From Peribolospora baueri (lineage: Eukaryota), in assembly GCA_029717555.1 (NCBI GenBank), contig JAMDHS010000125.1, positions 1-47,194 on the forward strand: a stretch of 47,194 nucleotides of DNA. The letters run 5' to 3'. The notes beneath the pieces are model-generated. The model did no database searches. It was not told the origin of the DNA and saw nothing but the letters and a program-made list of their open reading frames with translations. The number at the start of each line of letters is the position of its first letter. The stretch's first letter is position 1. Position numbers and translations under genes: made by a program. Shown here piece after piece: positions 34,025 to 47,194 of this stretch.

Positions 34025-37000
34025 ATGAACGCAGACTTCACCGACCGCGCTCAGGCCAGCGTCAGCGCTGCCATCCAGCTAGCTCGCGACTATGGCCACC
34101 CACAAGGTGAGCAAGGGGATGGCTGAAGGGAAACTTGCCACCTAGGTCGGTTTGGCGCTGACGTTCTCACCCATACCTTCTCCCCCATAGTACACCCTGT
34201 CCACCTTGCATCGTCACTCCTGAATGAGTCCCCTCTCGGTGCCGGAGGCTCCGAGACTCCACCACCGGGCGGATTGCACTCGCACAAGCAGCCGTCCGGA
34301 GCACAGGGATCGCTCTTCGCTCAGCTGCTCCAGAAGGCCGGCGTGGACGTGACACAGTTCGGGCGCAGCCTCCAGAAGGCGATCGTCCGCATCCCCACCC
34401 AGGACCCTCCTCCGGAAACCGTGTCCCTCTCGCCCACGCTCGCCAAGGTGCTCAGGGAGGCCGAGCGGCTTATGAAGGACCAGCACGATTCGTACATCGC
34501 CCAGGACCACCTGATCCTCGCCCTCCTCACTGACGACACTATCAAGCGCCTCCTCAAGGAGTCCGGCCTTGCCAACGAAAACGTCCTCAAGACTGCCGTT
34601 CGCGAGAGCCGAGGGACCCGCCGCGTCGACAGCAAGTCCGCCGAAGCCGGCTTCGATGCCCTCCAGAAGTACGCCACGGACCTCACCGCTCTAGCCTCTG
34701 AGGGTAAGCTCGACCCAGTGATCGGCAGAGACAACGAGATTCGCCGAGTCATCCGCGTCCTTTCCCGACGCACCAAGAACAATCCCGTGCTTATCGGCGA
34801 ACCTGGCGTTGGAAAGACGGCCGTCGTGGAGGGCCTCGCTCAGCGCATTGTCGATCGCGACGTGCCCTCGAACCTCATAGGAAAGCTCTTTTCCCTCGAC
34901 ATGGGCAGCCTCATGGCCGGCGCCAAGTATCGCGGAGAGTACGAGGAGAGGATCAAATCGGTTCTGGACGAGATCGAGAAGGCCGGTGACGAGGGTGTGA
35001 ACGTCATCCTGTTCATTGAGTGAGTAGAAATGCTTTTTTCTTGTTCGTCTGAGCCGCATTCTCACATTTACGCATTCCCTCATTTTTCCACAGTGAGATG
35101 CATCTCATCATGGCGGGCCGCGGAGGTGAATCCGGCATGGACGCTGCGAACCTTCTCAAGCCGATGCTTGCGCGCGGCAAGTTGCGCTGTATCGGTGCGA
35201 CGACGTTAGCCGAGTACCGTCAGTACATCGAAAAGGACGCCGCGTTCGAGCGTCGCTTCCAGCAGGTCCAGGTCGAGGAACCCAGCGTGCCAGACACGAT
35301 CGCCATCCTGCGTGGCCTGCGTGAGAAGTACGAGGTGCATCACGGCGTGCGCATCCTCGACGCCGCCGTCGTCCACGCTGCCCACCTCGCCAAGCGCTAC
35401 CTCACTCAACGAAGGCTCCCCGACAGCGCCATCGACCTCGTCGACGAGGCTTGCGCAGCTGTGCGCGTCGCGCGCGAGACGGCGCCGGAGGAGATTGACA
35501 ACCTGGAGAGGCAGAAGCTACAGCTCGAGGTGGCCATCCACGCGTTGGAGAGGGAAGATTCAGAGGCAGCGAGGGACCAGATCGCGGAGGCCAAGAAGAG
35601 GTTGGCGGAGATTGATGACGAGCTCAAGCCGCTCAAGACGAAGCACGAGAACCAGAGGAGGAGGGGGGAGGAGATTAATGAGGTCCGCAAGAGACTTGAT
35701 GAGCTCAAGGCCAAGGCCGACGATGCAGAGAGGAGGTGAGTTGAACACCCCTTCGGGAGCCTTGGCCTCAAGTTGCTTTCTTTCTTCTGATTGTACAGAC
35801 CCTTGCTGACATCATTTTCCTTTTATCAGGTACGACCTGGCGACCGCCGCAGACATCCGCTACTACGCTCTTCCCGATCTCAAGAAGAAGCTTGCCGATC
35901 TTGAACGACAACAGCGAGAGCAGGATGAGGCGGAAGGCGCCGCCTCGGAGGACGTCGTGGGGCCGGAGCAGATTGCGGAGATCGTCGCGAGATGGACGGG
36001 CATCCCTGCGAGCAAGCTTCAGCAGACGGAGAAGGAGAAGTTGTTGCAGATGGAGAAGATCCTGGCCCAGCGCGTCGTCGGCCAGCCTGAGGCGGTCAAG
36101 GCTGTTTCGAACGCCATCCGACTCAACCGCTCCGGCCTCGCCAATTTCAACCGGCCCATCGCGAGCTTCCTGTTCTGCGGTCCATCGGGCACGGGCAAGA
36201 CTTTGCTGACCAAGGAGCTGGCCGACTTCCTGTTCAACTCGAAGGATGCGATGATCCGGATCGACGCTTCGGAGTACTCGGAAAAGCACTCCATCGCTCG
36301 CCTCATCGGCGCTCCTCCGGGATACGTGGGTCATGACGAGGGAGGTCAGCTGACGGAGCACGTCCGTCGCAAGCCTTACACGATCATCCTGATCGACGAA
36401 ATTGAGAAGGCAGCGAGGGAGTTTGTCACCCTGTTCCTCCAGGTCCTCGACGACGGACGTCTCACGGACGGACAAGGGCGCGTGGTCAACTTCAACAACA
36501 CCGTCATCGTCATGACGTCGAACCTCGGCGCGCAGTACCTCAACGAGGCCCCTGAGATCGAGGGGGAGGTGCCACGCGAGCAGAAGGGCGCTGTCATGGG
36601 CGCCATTCAGGAGCACTTCCCTCCCGAGTTCATCAACGTGAGTGTTTTTACCTTGATGGTCTTCCCTGCAGATCGCCGTGTCTTGAGCGCGAGCCGCGAC
36701 GCTGACCTCGACCTTGTCTCCTCCATCCGTGTCCCCCTCTCCAGCGCATCGACGACATTATCATCTTCCGAAAGCTGACACGCAAAGACGTGCGCAAGAT
36801 CGTCGACATCCGTCTCTCGGAAGTGCAACAGCGTCTGTACGACAACGGAAAGGCGGTCAGGCTCGAAGTGGACGATGCGGCGAAGGACTTCCTTGGCTCC
36901 ATCGGCTACAACCCCACCTACGGTGCCCGACCCTTGCAGCGCACCATCCAGACCGAGCTGCTCAACCCGTTGGCGCGTCTCATCTTGGAGGAGCGCATCC

Positions 37001-37170
37001 GCGACGGCGAGGCCGCGCGCGTCACCTTTGAAGGCCCGCGGAACCGGCTGGTGATCCTCCCGAATCATGAGAAGGCGGAGGGGATGAATATCGATGAGGA
37101 GGACGTTGCGGATGAGGTCGGGGGCCTGGAGGGGAGGGGGGCGCCGATGGAGGATGAAGACGTCGATTGA
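34025..37170 (+). CDS. HSP104: Heat shock protein Hsp104 (ClpB-family disaggregase), ~928 aa; exons 34025-34106, 34191-35019, 35094-35735, 35830-36637, 36745-37170
   Basis: Two AAA+ modules ([13 protein letters not shown] and [12 protein letters not shown]), [31 protein letters not shown], coiled-coil middle domain, N-domain and acidic C-terminus (cytosolic type). Confidence 0.97.
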
Positions 37171-38010
37171 GGAGGGCGTGGGAAAGGCCAAGGCCGGTTT
37201 AGGTTTCTCTTCTCGTATTACATCCACGACAACGCTCTTCACAGGTAGCGCAGCGCATAGCGGCAGTTCATAACATCTTTTGGTTCCTTCGTCACCTTCA
37301 TTCACTCGTACGAGGCCCATTGTATCTTATTGAGATAGGGCCAGGTTTGAGCATCGTCATCGCAATACATGATGTAAGGTAATAATAGACCGAGCTCGTA
37401 AAGCACGGGGGCATCACGAAGGAAAAAAAGGGAGAAGTAGAAAAGCGCGATCGACATCCTCTCCTCGTCCGTGCACTCCTTGCTTCATCCTCATTTCCTT
37501 CGCCATCATGGGCGCATCGCACCGTATCCGGCTCGGCTCTGCGCGCGGAAAGAGGATCGGCGGAGGTCGCACAACCTTCGATGACAGTGGCCCTCCCTCA
37601 CTCGCTCACTCACTCACTCACTCACTTAACTCGAGCAAGAAGCCGCACGCCAGGTCACATTGACGGACCGTTCGTTGTGGACAGACCGGACCGGACCACC
37701 AGGCTCGCTCGCGTCGCGTATTTATCAAGAAATTGAATTCTATGCGACGTCGCCAACGAAGAAAATAAGTTGGAAAGCAGAGGGATATATGTACGGACAT
37801 GGCCGGACGACACGACACGACAGGGGGGGGGGGGGAAGGAAGGAAATGCTCGTCTACACCGACGTACGCTATCGCTATATAGAGATGCACTTATGATCGA
37901 TCAGGCCACCTCTCCTGCTACACAATTTTTCCTCCGCCCGCCCGCCGCTCCGCACTCTCCGCGGCCGCAGCCGACAAACGAGGGCTGGGCTGGGGCTCGT
38001 GGCACACAGC

Positions 38011-40331
38011 TCAAAGCTTGGCCTTCACCTGCGCCGTCTGAACCCTCTCGACCATCTCCCTGACATCGGTAGCCGCCTCGGCGAGGTAGTGCCTCAGAGT
38101 GGCGGTGTCTTGCTTGAGCGAGGTGATGGTGAACGTAAGGCTCCTCGCCTTGATCGCGTACGCCAAGCCGTATCCATCGGGAACGACCTCGCCGTAACCC
38201 CACGAGTCAAAGCTCTCCGACGAGATCTGCGACGTGCTCAGCTTCCAGTGGCTCGTGGTGGAGAAAGAGGAATCAGTGAAGATCGCCGGCGTCTTCTCGC
38301 CCTCACGCAGGAGCTGCTTCAGGCCGAAGAGATGGCGATCGACGCCTCGACCGTCGGCAGCCGCGGAGGCGTACTCGAGGTGGCGCTTGACAGCGGCTTG
38401 GAAAAGCTCGTATCGGCGATCGTCCTGGAGGAAGGGCGAAGTGCAAAAGAAAAGGGCAAACAGAGAAGATCGCGGTGGTCAGCAAGGAACCTGAGACTAG
38501 GCCCGGCCCGCCGCCGGCAAGTCGACAAAAAAAAACTCACGGAAGCGTTAGGGTCCTCCATGGCCTCGGCGAAAGCCTTGCTCTGCTCGCTCACGCTCCG
38601 AATCACCTCCGTCCTACCATACTTGAACTTCCTCGTCTGGGCGCTCTCGTACGTCGCCGCGGGCTTGCCAAACATCTTCTGGTGCGCCAACTGGATCACC
38701 ATCTGTGCCCAAGCGTCCGGGCTGACCTTGGCTTTTTTGATCACGTCCTTGCCGTAGCCTTCGTAGTTGAGTACGTAGAGGTCGTGCTTGGACATGATTT
38801 CTGAGAAGCGGGAGATGGAAGAGGAGATGTTCTTCTCATCGGCGGAAGTGAGGGAGAAGGTGATGGGAGTGGGCGGGGCGAGGCCAGGGCGCACGGTGTG
38901 GGGATCGCCGTGGTCAATCTTGTTGGCCGCCAAGGCGGAGAGGGCAAAGTCGTTGCAGCGCAGCGTGGGGGTGCCATCCATGCACGAATGCTCGCCGTTG
39001 TAGCCGCTCTTGCCGTTCTCGAAGACGATCAGCTGCTGCTTGTCGTAGAACCGGTTGGTCGCGTTGCCGCCCCAGAGCTGGAAGGACACGTCCTCGCGCG
39101 TGACAGGCTTGGTGTCATCCAAGGCCAGCACGATCACCGAGCTCTCGATTCGCTCCAGAGCCTTGCGGTTCCGCTCGCCGCCCGTCTTGAGGAGGGCCTC
39201 GCGGGCGTCGGCCCAGCGGTCACGGTTGTCGGAGGTGAGAGCGCCGACAGGGGCCGGAGAAGCGTTCTGCGCGGAAGGATGGGCGAGGATGCGGTTGAGC
39301 TGCCTGAAAAAGGAAAGAAAGGGCGGGGGTAAAAGGACGAGCGTCAGCCAAGCCAGCCGGTGCATAAATGGCTTTCGTCGTCGGTGCAACCACTCACTCC
39401 TCAATCTCCCTCGTAGTCAACTCCTGACCACCGGGGACGAGATCAAACTCGAAGAAGTGTCCCTTCCTCAAGACGACCAGATGGTTGTTCTCCGCAGGGT
39501 TGTACTTGACGCCGAGATCGGACGGCTTGGCGGGGACGCGGGACGAGTTGAACATCCAAGCGTACGAGGCCATGCAGAGCGGGCCGGACTTGGTCTTTTC
39601 CGGCTCGAGTTGTTGGCTGGAAGAGGGCAAGGGATGGATGGATGGATGGATGGTCGGTTGGCGTGCTCTTCGGGTGAAATGGAAAGGCGAGAACCGGATT
39701 GTTTGTTCGTCTGCTTGCCTACTTACCTCTCGACGAGCCTCCTGAAAGCGAGAAAGGCCTTGACGAGGCTGGCGGCGCGGGTGGCCTGTGACCGACGAGA
39801 CTTGTCGTCCTTGTGGGAGTAGAAGTAGCTCACATGCGGCACCACGGGGTCCCTGTAGCCCATGTAAGCCGCGTCGTTCCACCAGTCGCTCAGCCAGCTG
39901 TCCCTGCCCTCCTGGTCCCTGCGGTGCAGGAGCCTGTTCTGGAGCGCCTCGCCGATCGCCTTGTCCTCGCCGGAGAGGAGCGAGGCGACCGCCTTCTCCG
40001 CCTCGGCGTACTGAGCAGGGGTGACGAGTGGCTTTACAGTGGTCAGGTACTTGGCCGCCGTGTCCTGGAGGGCGGGGACGGGCAAATGGGGGAGACCGGC
40101 CTGGCCGGCGAGCGTCTTGCCGGAGGGGGACGCGGTGGGAGGGTAGGTGGGGGCGCGGGCGGAAGAGGCGACGGCGTCGTGAGGGGAGTAGACGAAGGGG
40201 GGAGACATGTTGCGGGCGGTGGTGGAAAAGGGACGAGAGGCGGAGCAGTCCAATGACGATGCCGATGCTTTCACTGCTGCCGTTGCTTGCGATGATGGAC
40301 GACGAGCGGCGGAGGCGAGGCGAGACAGCAT
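38011..40331 (-). CDS. CAT2: Carnitine O-acetyltransferase, mitochondrial/peroxisomal, ~666 aa; exons 40331-39727, 39616-39398, 39303-38541, 38424-38011
   Basis: LPHLPVPAL, WLSDWW, NRFYDK, catalytic EHSCMDG, TYESAQTRKFKYGRTE, LSTSQ. Arg/Ser-rich N-terminal presequence and C-terminal AKL*. Confidence 0.93.
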
Positions 40332-41131
40332 GAGGCACTCGAGAGGATAGGAGAGCGCGCCGGGACGGCAAGAAGAGGGCTGAAGAAGGCGAAGACGAAA
40401 GAAGCAAAAGCGAGTGCGAGTTAGAAGCAGTTGCGAGCGGAAGGAGGAGGGGGTGAAGGTCGGGTGGAAGAAGGAAAGAGGGTTGGAAGGAATGGCGGCC
40501 GACGCTTTTGACTGTCGTCACTTCAACGCACGCGCGTTGGGCCCCGGAGTCGGAGGCGGCCGCCAGCCGGAGACCGGACCCACGCCAAGCCGGTCGCTGC
40601 CGGGTCGGAAGGAAGGAAGGAAGAAGAGGGACTCGCTCGTTCACCATCGTCTGACTTCACCGCTCAAGCTACAGCCAGACCAGGCGTCGACCACGAACCA
40701 CGAACAACGGAGCTGCTGGCTGCGTCGCTGTGCCGCCCGCCTCTCCCCGCATCGGGTCCCCGCTCCATCTCCTCCACCTTCGCTTCCCCGACGACGTGGT
40801 GGGCGAGCGGGCGCCGATCGGACTCACTCGCCCTGATCTCCAGACTATGGCTACAGACGCCCCCGGATTCGCCCGCCCTGTCTCGCATCTCTCTCCTCGA
40901 GCCTACGCCCCCCACCCCGGGAACCTCCGCCGCTCGAACACACCCGCTGGTTCCGCTCTCGTGTCGGTGGAGACGAGCGCTCAGCGCTTGTTACTCTCCA
41001 TGACGAACGAAAAAAAAAAGAAAGCATCGAAACGTGCCTTTCTCTGGCAATGGTGCGACTGATTGACGGGTCTACTACTACGTGGCGGATTCTTGAACGA
41101 ATGTCCCGCAAACGAAAACCGGCTTCCCTCC

Positions 41132-44100
41132 TCACTCGTCCCCGAGACGCACGAGCATGGGAAGGGCGATCGAGAGCATGAGAGCGGCCAAGAAGGCGAT
41201 CACCCAGGGAGACCGCAAGACAGACAGCGTCGACCCTTCGTCCGCCCACACAGGTCGTGGCAACCCAGCGCCCTTGCCACTTTTCCCTCCTTCTCCTCCT
41301 TTGCCATCCGCGTCCTCGACCCAGAGGTCAACGACGTGTACCCGATGAGGGTCATTATCCGCGTGCACGACGTACAGCGTTTGTTTCTGAGCGACGGACG
41401 GACGGACGGATAGATGGACAGACGGACGGACGGATCAGTTCCCAGTATGACCGGTGGTGTGACAGGACAGAAGACCACCTGCTCACCTTGAGGTCTAAGC
41501 GCCACGTCCCGTCGCTGACCTCCACTTTGACCTTCTTGTTCGCGTACACCAACCTCGGCACAAAGATCTCCGTCTCCCTCGCCCGTATCTCCTCACCGCC
41601 GGGAAGAGAGAGCGGGCCGACGACGTCGGCGTCGTAGTAGATGGGCCCTCGCCGAGCGCCGCCGCCCATGGAAGACGGGGACGAGCCCTGAGTAGAGACG
41701 ACCGGGTTGACGTATCGCACTTGGAAGGAGAACGTTCGACGAGAAAACGCCGTCGACACGGGGATGCCCGCTACTTTGGCCGCATACGGACGCTGTGCGT
41801 ACCGTTCGGCGAGAGGAGACCGACGACGACGACGACACCGCACCTCGTCAGCTCATTGGCCGCTGTCGACGATGAAAGTGAAACCGAGACGAATGGACGC
41901 TAGCTCACCACCATGCTCGCCAACGTCCTACACCCCGCATACAGAGCCTTGTCCTCGTCGTCCTCCTGAGCCACAGGATTCGTCCTATCCTTGCAGCCGG
42001 GCGAGTAGAAAGAAAAGTTCTCCGCGTTCCTGCGCCACCGCATCCCCAAGCGACGTCCGCGGTCAGTCCAGTGCTTTTTTTTCCTTTTCGAGCCCAAGCC
42101 GGACCGGACATTCCGAAATCAAAAAGACCAGAGGGGAGACGCTCACCATCCATCGCCCCATTCGTCCTCGTTCTCAGCACAGTAGTTCCACAGTGTGAAG
42201 CCGACGAGGTTGCGCTCGAGTGCGCTGATGATGGCGTCCATCAGCACGTTCTGCGCTCCGTAGTCGCCCGTCCGGAACGCCTTGCACGCGTTGATGTCGA
42301 AGGGGATGCCCGTCTCGCCGATGATAATGGGCATCGTGTCGCCGCCGGCCGTACGGACGGATTGGGCGGCGTAAGCGCGAGCGATGAGCGTGCGCAGTTG
42401 GAGGAAGTAGCTGGAGGGAAGACAACGACGAAACGATTAATGAGCCTCTCAAGGACGCCTCCAAACCGAACACGCCGGCCCGACCTCCAAGCTCAGCTGA
42501 TCAAGCTCACTTCCTCTTCACGCCCTTCTCGCCCCAATACAGAGCGTTTAAAATGAACATGCCCCTCGAAAGTCCCTGCACGTTGACGCTCAGTCCGGTA
42601 AACGCCTTGTTGAAGAGCACGTTGAGGTCATAGAAGTGCGAGGCAAGCACCATGTTCTCCGGCGGTGAGGGGAAGGTGGGACAGAACTAGACAATTGAGC
42701 AAAGCGCCCGAGATGAGACAAGAGGGAAGACATATCAGAGAATCTGAAAACGTCGGGAAAAAGGATAAAAAAACAGACACACCTCGTTGGGAATAGGTTC
42801 AAAAAAGACCAGCATTTCGGGTCGACCGTTTCGCATCCTGCGCATACGCGGACGGGGATCAGCCCGGTCTTGCCCTCAGACCACACGCGGCCCGGACAAA
42901 TCGCCATGACGTGCTGACTCACCTCTCAGCGAAGCGCCTGACGAACGGCCAATAAAAGTCAGCGTACCATTCCACTCGCTTCCCCGTCCTTGGGTCCTTC
43001 TCGAAGAAGCTCTCCCTTAACACCTCGGGCCTCGCCTTCTCCTCATCCCACTCCCACGCCCCGTGCCTCCTCCACACACACCCGCCTCGCCCGCCCTTCC
43101 ACGCATTCCGCCCCTTCGGGTCCACGACGACGTGGTGGGAGATGCGCGTCGGCACGGGCCACGATTTGACGTAGTAGGGCACCTTTTGAGCGTACCCGCT
43201 TCCGAGCGCGACGGATTGGAGGAGGTTAGGATAGGTGCCGATATGAAGATCCGTGTTAAAGTTCCACGAGTGCCAGGAGTGGAGGGAGATATAGCCGCGG
43301 TGCTGTGGAAAGAAACGAAAGAAAAATCAGCCATGGGGTAGATAGGCGCATCGTTTCTCCGAGTGACCGAGCTCTCACCGGCTCATTCATGGCCTGCATA
43401 TGTGAGGTGCACGCGCAGACGACGAGATGACGTGTGCCAGCGCATAGACAAACAAAGGTTAGGATGTTTTTTGCGGCCGATCCGGAAGCTCGTGAGAGGG
43501 CGCGACTCGCACCTCGTACCCCAAGACAGCCTCGCACCCGTCCAGCCGATCAGCGAGGTAGCCGTACGCATTGATGTAAGCGTTCTGGAGGAAGTCCTGG
43601 ATGGACACTTCCTCCATCTCGCCCGTCGATGTCTTGCGGGACACAGTATCCTTCCACGCAAAGGTCGAGCCTGCCCAGAAGAGCGTCGCCATCGTCCCTG
43701 CCGCGAGCTGGAGGGAAAGGACGACAAGACCGACGAGGACAAAAGACGGAACAAGATGCCCAAGAAAGGTGAGCGCGCCGCTCGAGATCATGACACCGCA
43801 CTAGTCCCAACGTCGAAACGAATTATCAAGCTACCAGACACCGCGTCCACGAACCTTCTGATACCCGCTCGGCCACACAAAAGGGCCGGGATCGACTTCC
43901 GGGTTAAGGTTCTGGGAATGAAGATACGCTGCGCCAGTGTGTTTGAAAGCTTCGATATCAAAGCCGGCTACTTCCAAGGTCTTTTCGGTTGTAGGAAGAA
44001 GGCAAGGCAAGGCAAGGCAAGGGGCGCGTGACGAGCGCGGTGAGTGCTGTTGCTTCCAGGGACGGGAACGCTTCTACAAGGTGCCCGAACTGGATGTCCG

Positions 44101-45288
44101 CGGTAATCGGAGCAGATCCACTCATTTCAACGCCAACTTACCCACCCAGGCGCGCCACTTCCGCCTGCGAACCGACTCCAAACGTCCTGATGCGCGTTGA
44201 TGATACACCTCATCCCGTACCTCGGCAACATTTGCACAAGGGTACGGACGTAGCTCACGTACTCGTCATCGTACACCCCCGGACCGGCGTGCTCAAGTGA
44301 TTCCCACGTTACGAGAAAGCGGATCAGGGTGAGGCCGAGGGTGCGAAGACGAGAGAGGTGGGTCGGAGCCTGGTATGTAGATTGGACAAAAAGGACGGCA
44401 GGCGAGAAGGCTCATCAGCGCTGTGGAAAGGCGAGAACGTCAGCAAGGGTGGAGTGAACGCCTCCCGAACGTACCTCTTCCAAAGGGAAAGGCCGACCGA
44501 CAAAGGAGACAGTGTTGTGCTCGAAGAATCCTTCGGCGACGTGCGAGGGTTGGCCAATTGGCCTTATAGTCCCAGCCGAGCAACGAACGAGTAAAGAAAG
44601 AGGAAGAATGGAAAGCAAGAAGGAGGTCAGGAAGCAGCTCTCAACTCGGTGCTTGACACCCCAGCTGGGCGCCACCATACTATCAGCGCGCGCAGCTTTG
44701 TCGTCCATGGTGCGAGCGGAAAGACGAGAGGCTCACGGAGCTTCGCCCGTTGCCGGACATGACCTTCGTTTGAAGTATTACACCCTCAGACTCCTCTCCA
44801 TCCTCACAACTGCACACTCACAGCTTACTAGCCCCACTAACATTGGCCCCCCTCATCAACAAAACTCTGCCCCATCGATCGACGAAATGACGACCACGTA
44901 GTCTTACGTCTCCCCCGACCGCTTGCTCGGTCCAGTCACTGGCTGCGAAACCGGAATCACCCGGGGCGTAAGAGGAGGAGGTGGAGGAGTGGGACATTGG
45001 GGCAAGTACGTTGGGGGCCGAATGGTTGTCGTCCGTGGTATTGTGATGGATCCGAGCGGAAGGTATGCGAGCGAAGGAAGAAGAGGACGAGAAAGGGGGT
45101 ATAGGAGAAGAAAGGTCGGCCGAGAGAGGGGGGCCCGCTCGCTCTGATGCCTGGACTTCTACGAAAGACGAGTCAGCGCTGGCTTGAGAGATGAAGGAGG
45201 AGGAGGAGGAGGAGGAGGAGGTATAGTGTGAGGCGACTCGGCTGCCATCGTCCCCTTCCCGGGAATCTACCAGTGAAGATGCGGCCAT
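41132..45288 (-). CDS. Glycoside hydrolase family 5, endoglycoceramidase-related protein (EGCrP-type glucosylceramidase/steryl-glucosidase); multi-exon, 3' end approximate
   Basis: HFVDRWGRVLLMRGANVSG, SFVGRPFPLEE, TWESLEHAGPGVYD, acid/base MNEP, nucleophile IIGETG, TLWNY, RPYAAKVAG, TEIFVP, and a C-terminal hydrophobic segment. Not all exon boundaries were resolved. Confidence 0.85.
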
Positions 45289-45445
45289 TGATAAATTAAG
45301 TACCGTCGGTTTTGGAGGCGATGGCCAGGAACAAAGTCACGTGCCCAGGGACTGTGTATTTATTTCTATGAGAATAAGTAGACTTCCCCCTTCTTCCCAG
45401 ACCGCCTTCCTCGCCCACTCCCGTCGCCCTGACGATCCGACCGAG

Positions 45446-47125
45446 ATGACCTTGCCCTTGTCCTTGGCCGTCGTGGCAACGTTGCTCTGCGGACTGGCAT
45501 ATGCTCATGAGAATGCTTGGAGTGAGTAGGAACACTGCCGATCATGATGCCTTCCACATGCAGCTTTGGCCTTGATCTTGACGACGCCTCCACTTGCGAC
45601 GCTAGCGAAGAAGTACGGAGAATTGCCCACCCCCATGTTCGCTGGCGTGAACACCTTTGCTCATCTGTGGGTCTCTTGACGCATCATTCACTTTCTTGTA
45701 TCCGCTCGCCGCCGTTAGCAAGTCGAGCCGAAAAAGCTCCGACGGACTGATTAATGCACTCCGCTCTTTTTCAAATCTTTAAAATGTTGGCACACATCCC
45801 AGTCCATGGGCTCGATGCTTGGAGACGGAGGACCGGTTTGACATTGCTGTCATTGGCATGCCTTTTGACGGGAAGGTCAGCTACCGTCCCGGCGCGAGGT
45901 TCGGTCCTAACGCTATTAGGCAGAGTGCGTCCCTTGCCTGACTTTATCTTACTCCCTAAGGGCTCTGCAAGCGTGCTGCCCTCTCAGGAGGAAGTCTGTG
46001 GTGGCCTTCTCGCTAAAATATATTTATCTTGTATTAGGCTCTCGGAGGCAGAGTCCTCCTTTTACGTGGTCCATCTCGCACGAGTTCGACCCTTACTCGA
46101 CGGGCCTCAAACTGGTGGGCCAAAGTTTACGAGTGGCCCAGTTTATAGGCCCCGCTTGGTGACGATTTTGCACCGCTTCTTTTTTATCCACACTACAGAT
46201 GGACTGCGACGACGTGCCGACCAACCCTTACGACGTCGACCTTGCGCTCGACCAGATGGAGGTGGCATACGACACCCTCCTGTCTCGCACGCCGGCCTTC
46301 ACTTCTCGCGAAGAAAACTTTTCTGAGACACAGAAGGACATCGCGTTCGCCTTCTCGTCCGCTTCGCTGGCCAAAGATGGCCAGCCGCACCCTAAGCTCG
46401 TGACCTTGGGCGGAGATCATACGATCGTTAGAATCCTCTTCTCGCTCTCTCAAGTTACAATGTCTGGCCAACGGGTTACTTATTGTCGTTGTTGCGGTTC
46501 CCTTTGCTTTCCCCCCCCAGGTCCTTCCGATCTTGAGGAGCTTGCACAAGGTTTACGGCCCTATCACCGTCATCCACTTTGATGCCCACGTGAGCCTCCG
46601 AGTCGCACTATTCGACCCAGACCTCTCCTCTCCCGTGCGGACCCGCTGAACATTCTCATTCCCTACTCTTTTAATGTCCGCCAGCTCGACACCTGGCTTC
46701 CCGGGTCATCGCCTGGCTCAGGCCTTACAGAAGCCGCAGCGCTCACACACGGAACTTTCTTTCACCACGCCGCCGCCGAGGGTTTGATTGCCAATTCGTC
46801 CGTCCACGGCGGCATCCGCTGCAGGCTCAAAGGCTTGGAGGACATCCAGCACGACGCCGAGGTCGGTTTTCAAATCATCACCGCCGATGACCTTGACGAT
46901 CTCGGCGCTGATGGGGTCGCCGCCAAGATCAAGCAGAGGGTCGGCGACCGGCCGGTGTACCTCAGCCTCGACATCGACGTGCTCGACCCGGCCTTTGCTC
47001 CCGCGACGGGCACAATCGAGGTTGGAGGTTGGACGTCGCGGGAGATGAAGCGAGTCCTCCGAGGCCTCGTCGGCCTCAACTTTGTCGGCTTTGATATCGT
47101 TGAGCTGTCGCCTGCTTATGACCAT
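45446..47125 (+). CDS. Agmatinase-like ureohydrolase (arginase family), multi-exon, 3' end beyond the window
   Basis: [55 protein letters not shown]. Hydrophobic N-terminus [21 protein letters not shown]. The last visible exon ends at a GTGAGC donor. Confidence 0.9.
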
Positions 47126-47139
47126 GGTGAGCACGCGTC

Positions 47140-47142
<3 letters not shown>

Positions 47143-47194
<52 letters not shown>
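47143..47194. repeat. Poly-T run inside an intron at the window end
   Basis: About 52 T immediately after the intron donor; probably where the assembly breaks. Confidence 0.85.

Noticed and set aside
47143..47194. Poly-T as a retroelement poly(A) tail
   Set aside because: Cannot be tested because the sequence ends here, and shorter T/A runs are common in introns in this window.

Overview
GC-rich, intron-rich, microsatellite-rich fungal DNA, most consistent with a basidiomycete yeast (GTGAG/GTAAG/GTGCG donors, CTGAC branch sites, introns mostly 70-140 nt). Manually spliced genes in order: a divergent transketolase-family enzyme (-); a 53-aa secreted peptide missed by the ORF track (-); GET1 (-); tRNA-His(GUG) (+); a class IV chitin synthase (-); a Zn2Cys6 transcription factor (-) head-to-head with an SNG1/DUF3533 membrane protein (+); a MAG2/RNF10-type RING protein (-); a PFA4 DHHC palmitoyltransferase (-) head-to-head with HSP104 (+); a dual-targeted carnitine acetyltransferase (-); a GH5 endoglycoceramidase-related protein (-) head-to-head with an agmatinase-family ureohydrolase (+, cut by the window end). 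The first ~4.6 kb differ from the rest. A ~2.9-kb intronless segment carries a frameshifted tandem NMP-kinase-like gene and an intact Nudix hydrolase, and sits between two copies of a ~210-bp direct repeat. The repeat appears to be the duplicated middle of a decayed gene that the segment interrupts. The best leads are this nucleotide-enzyme insert, the Trp-terminated secreted micropeptide, the TF/SNG1 module with two CGG-N11-CCG sites, the alternative C-terminus hidden in a PFA4 intron, and an 80-bp HSE-like array upstream of HSP104. Family calls come from motif recognition only; no database searches were run.
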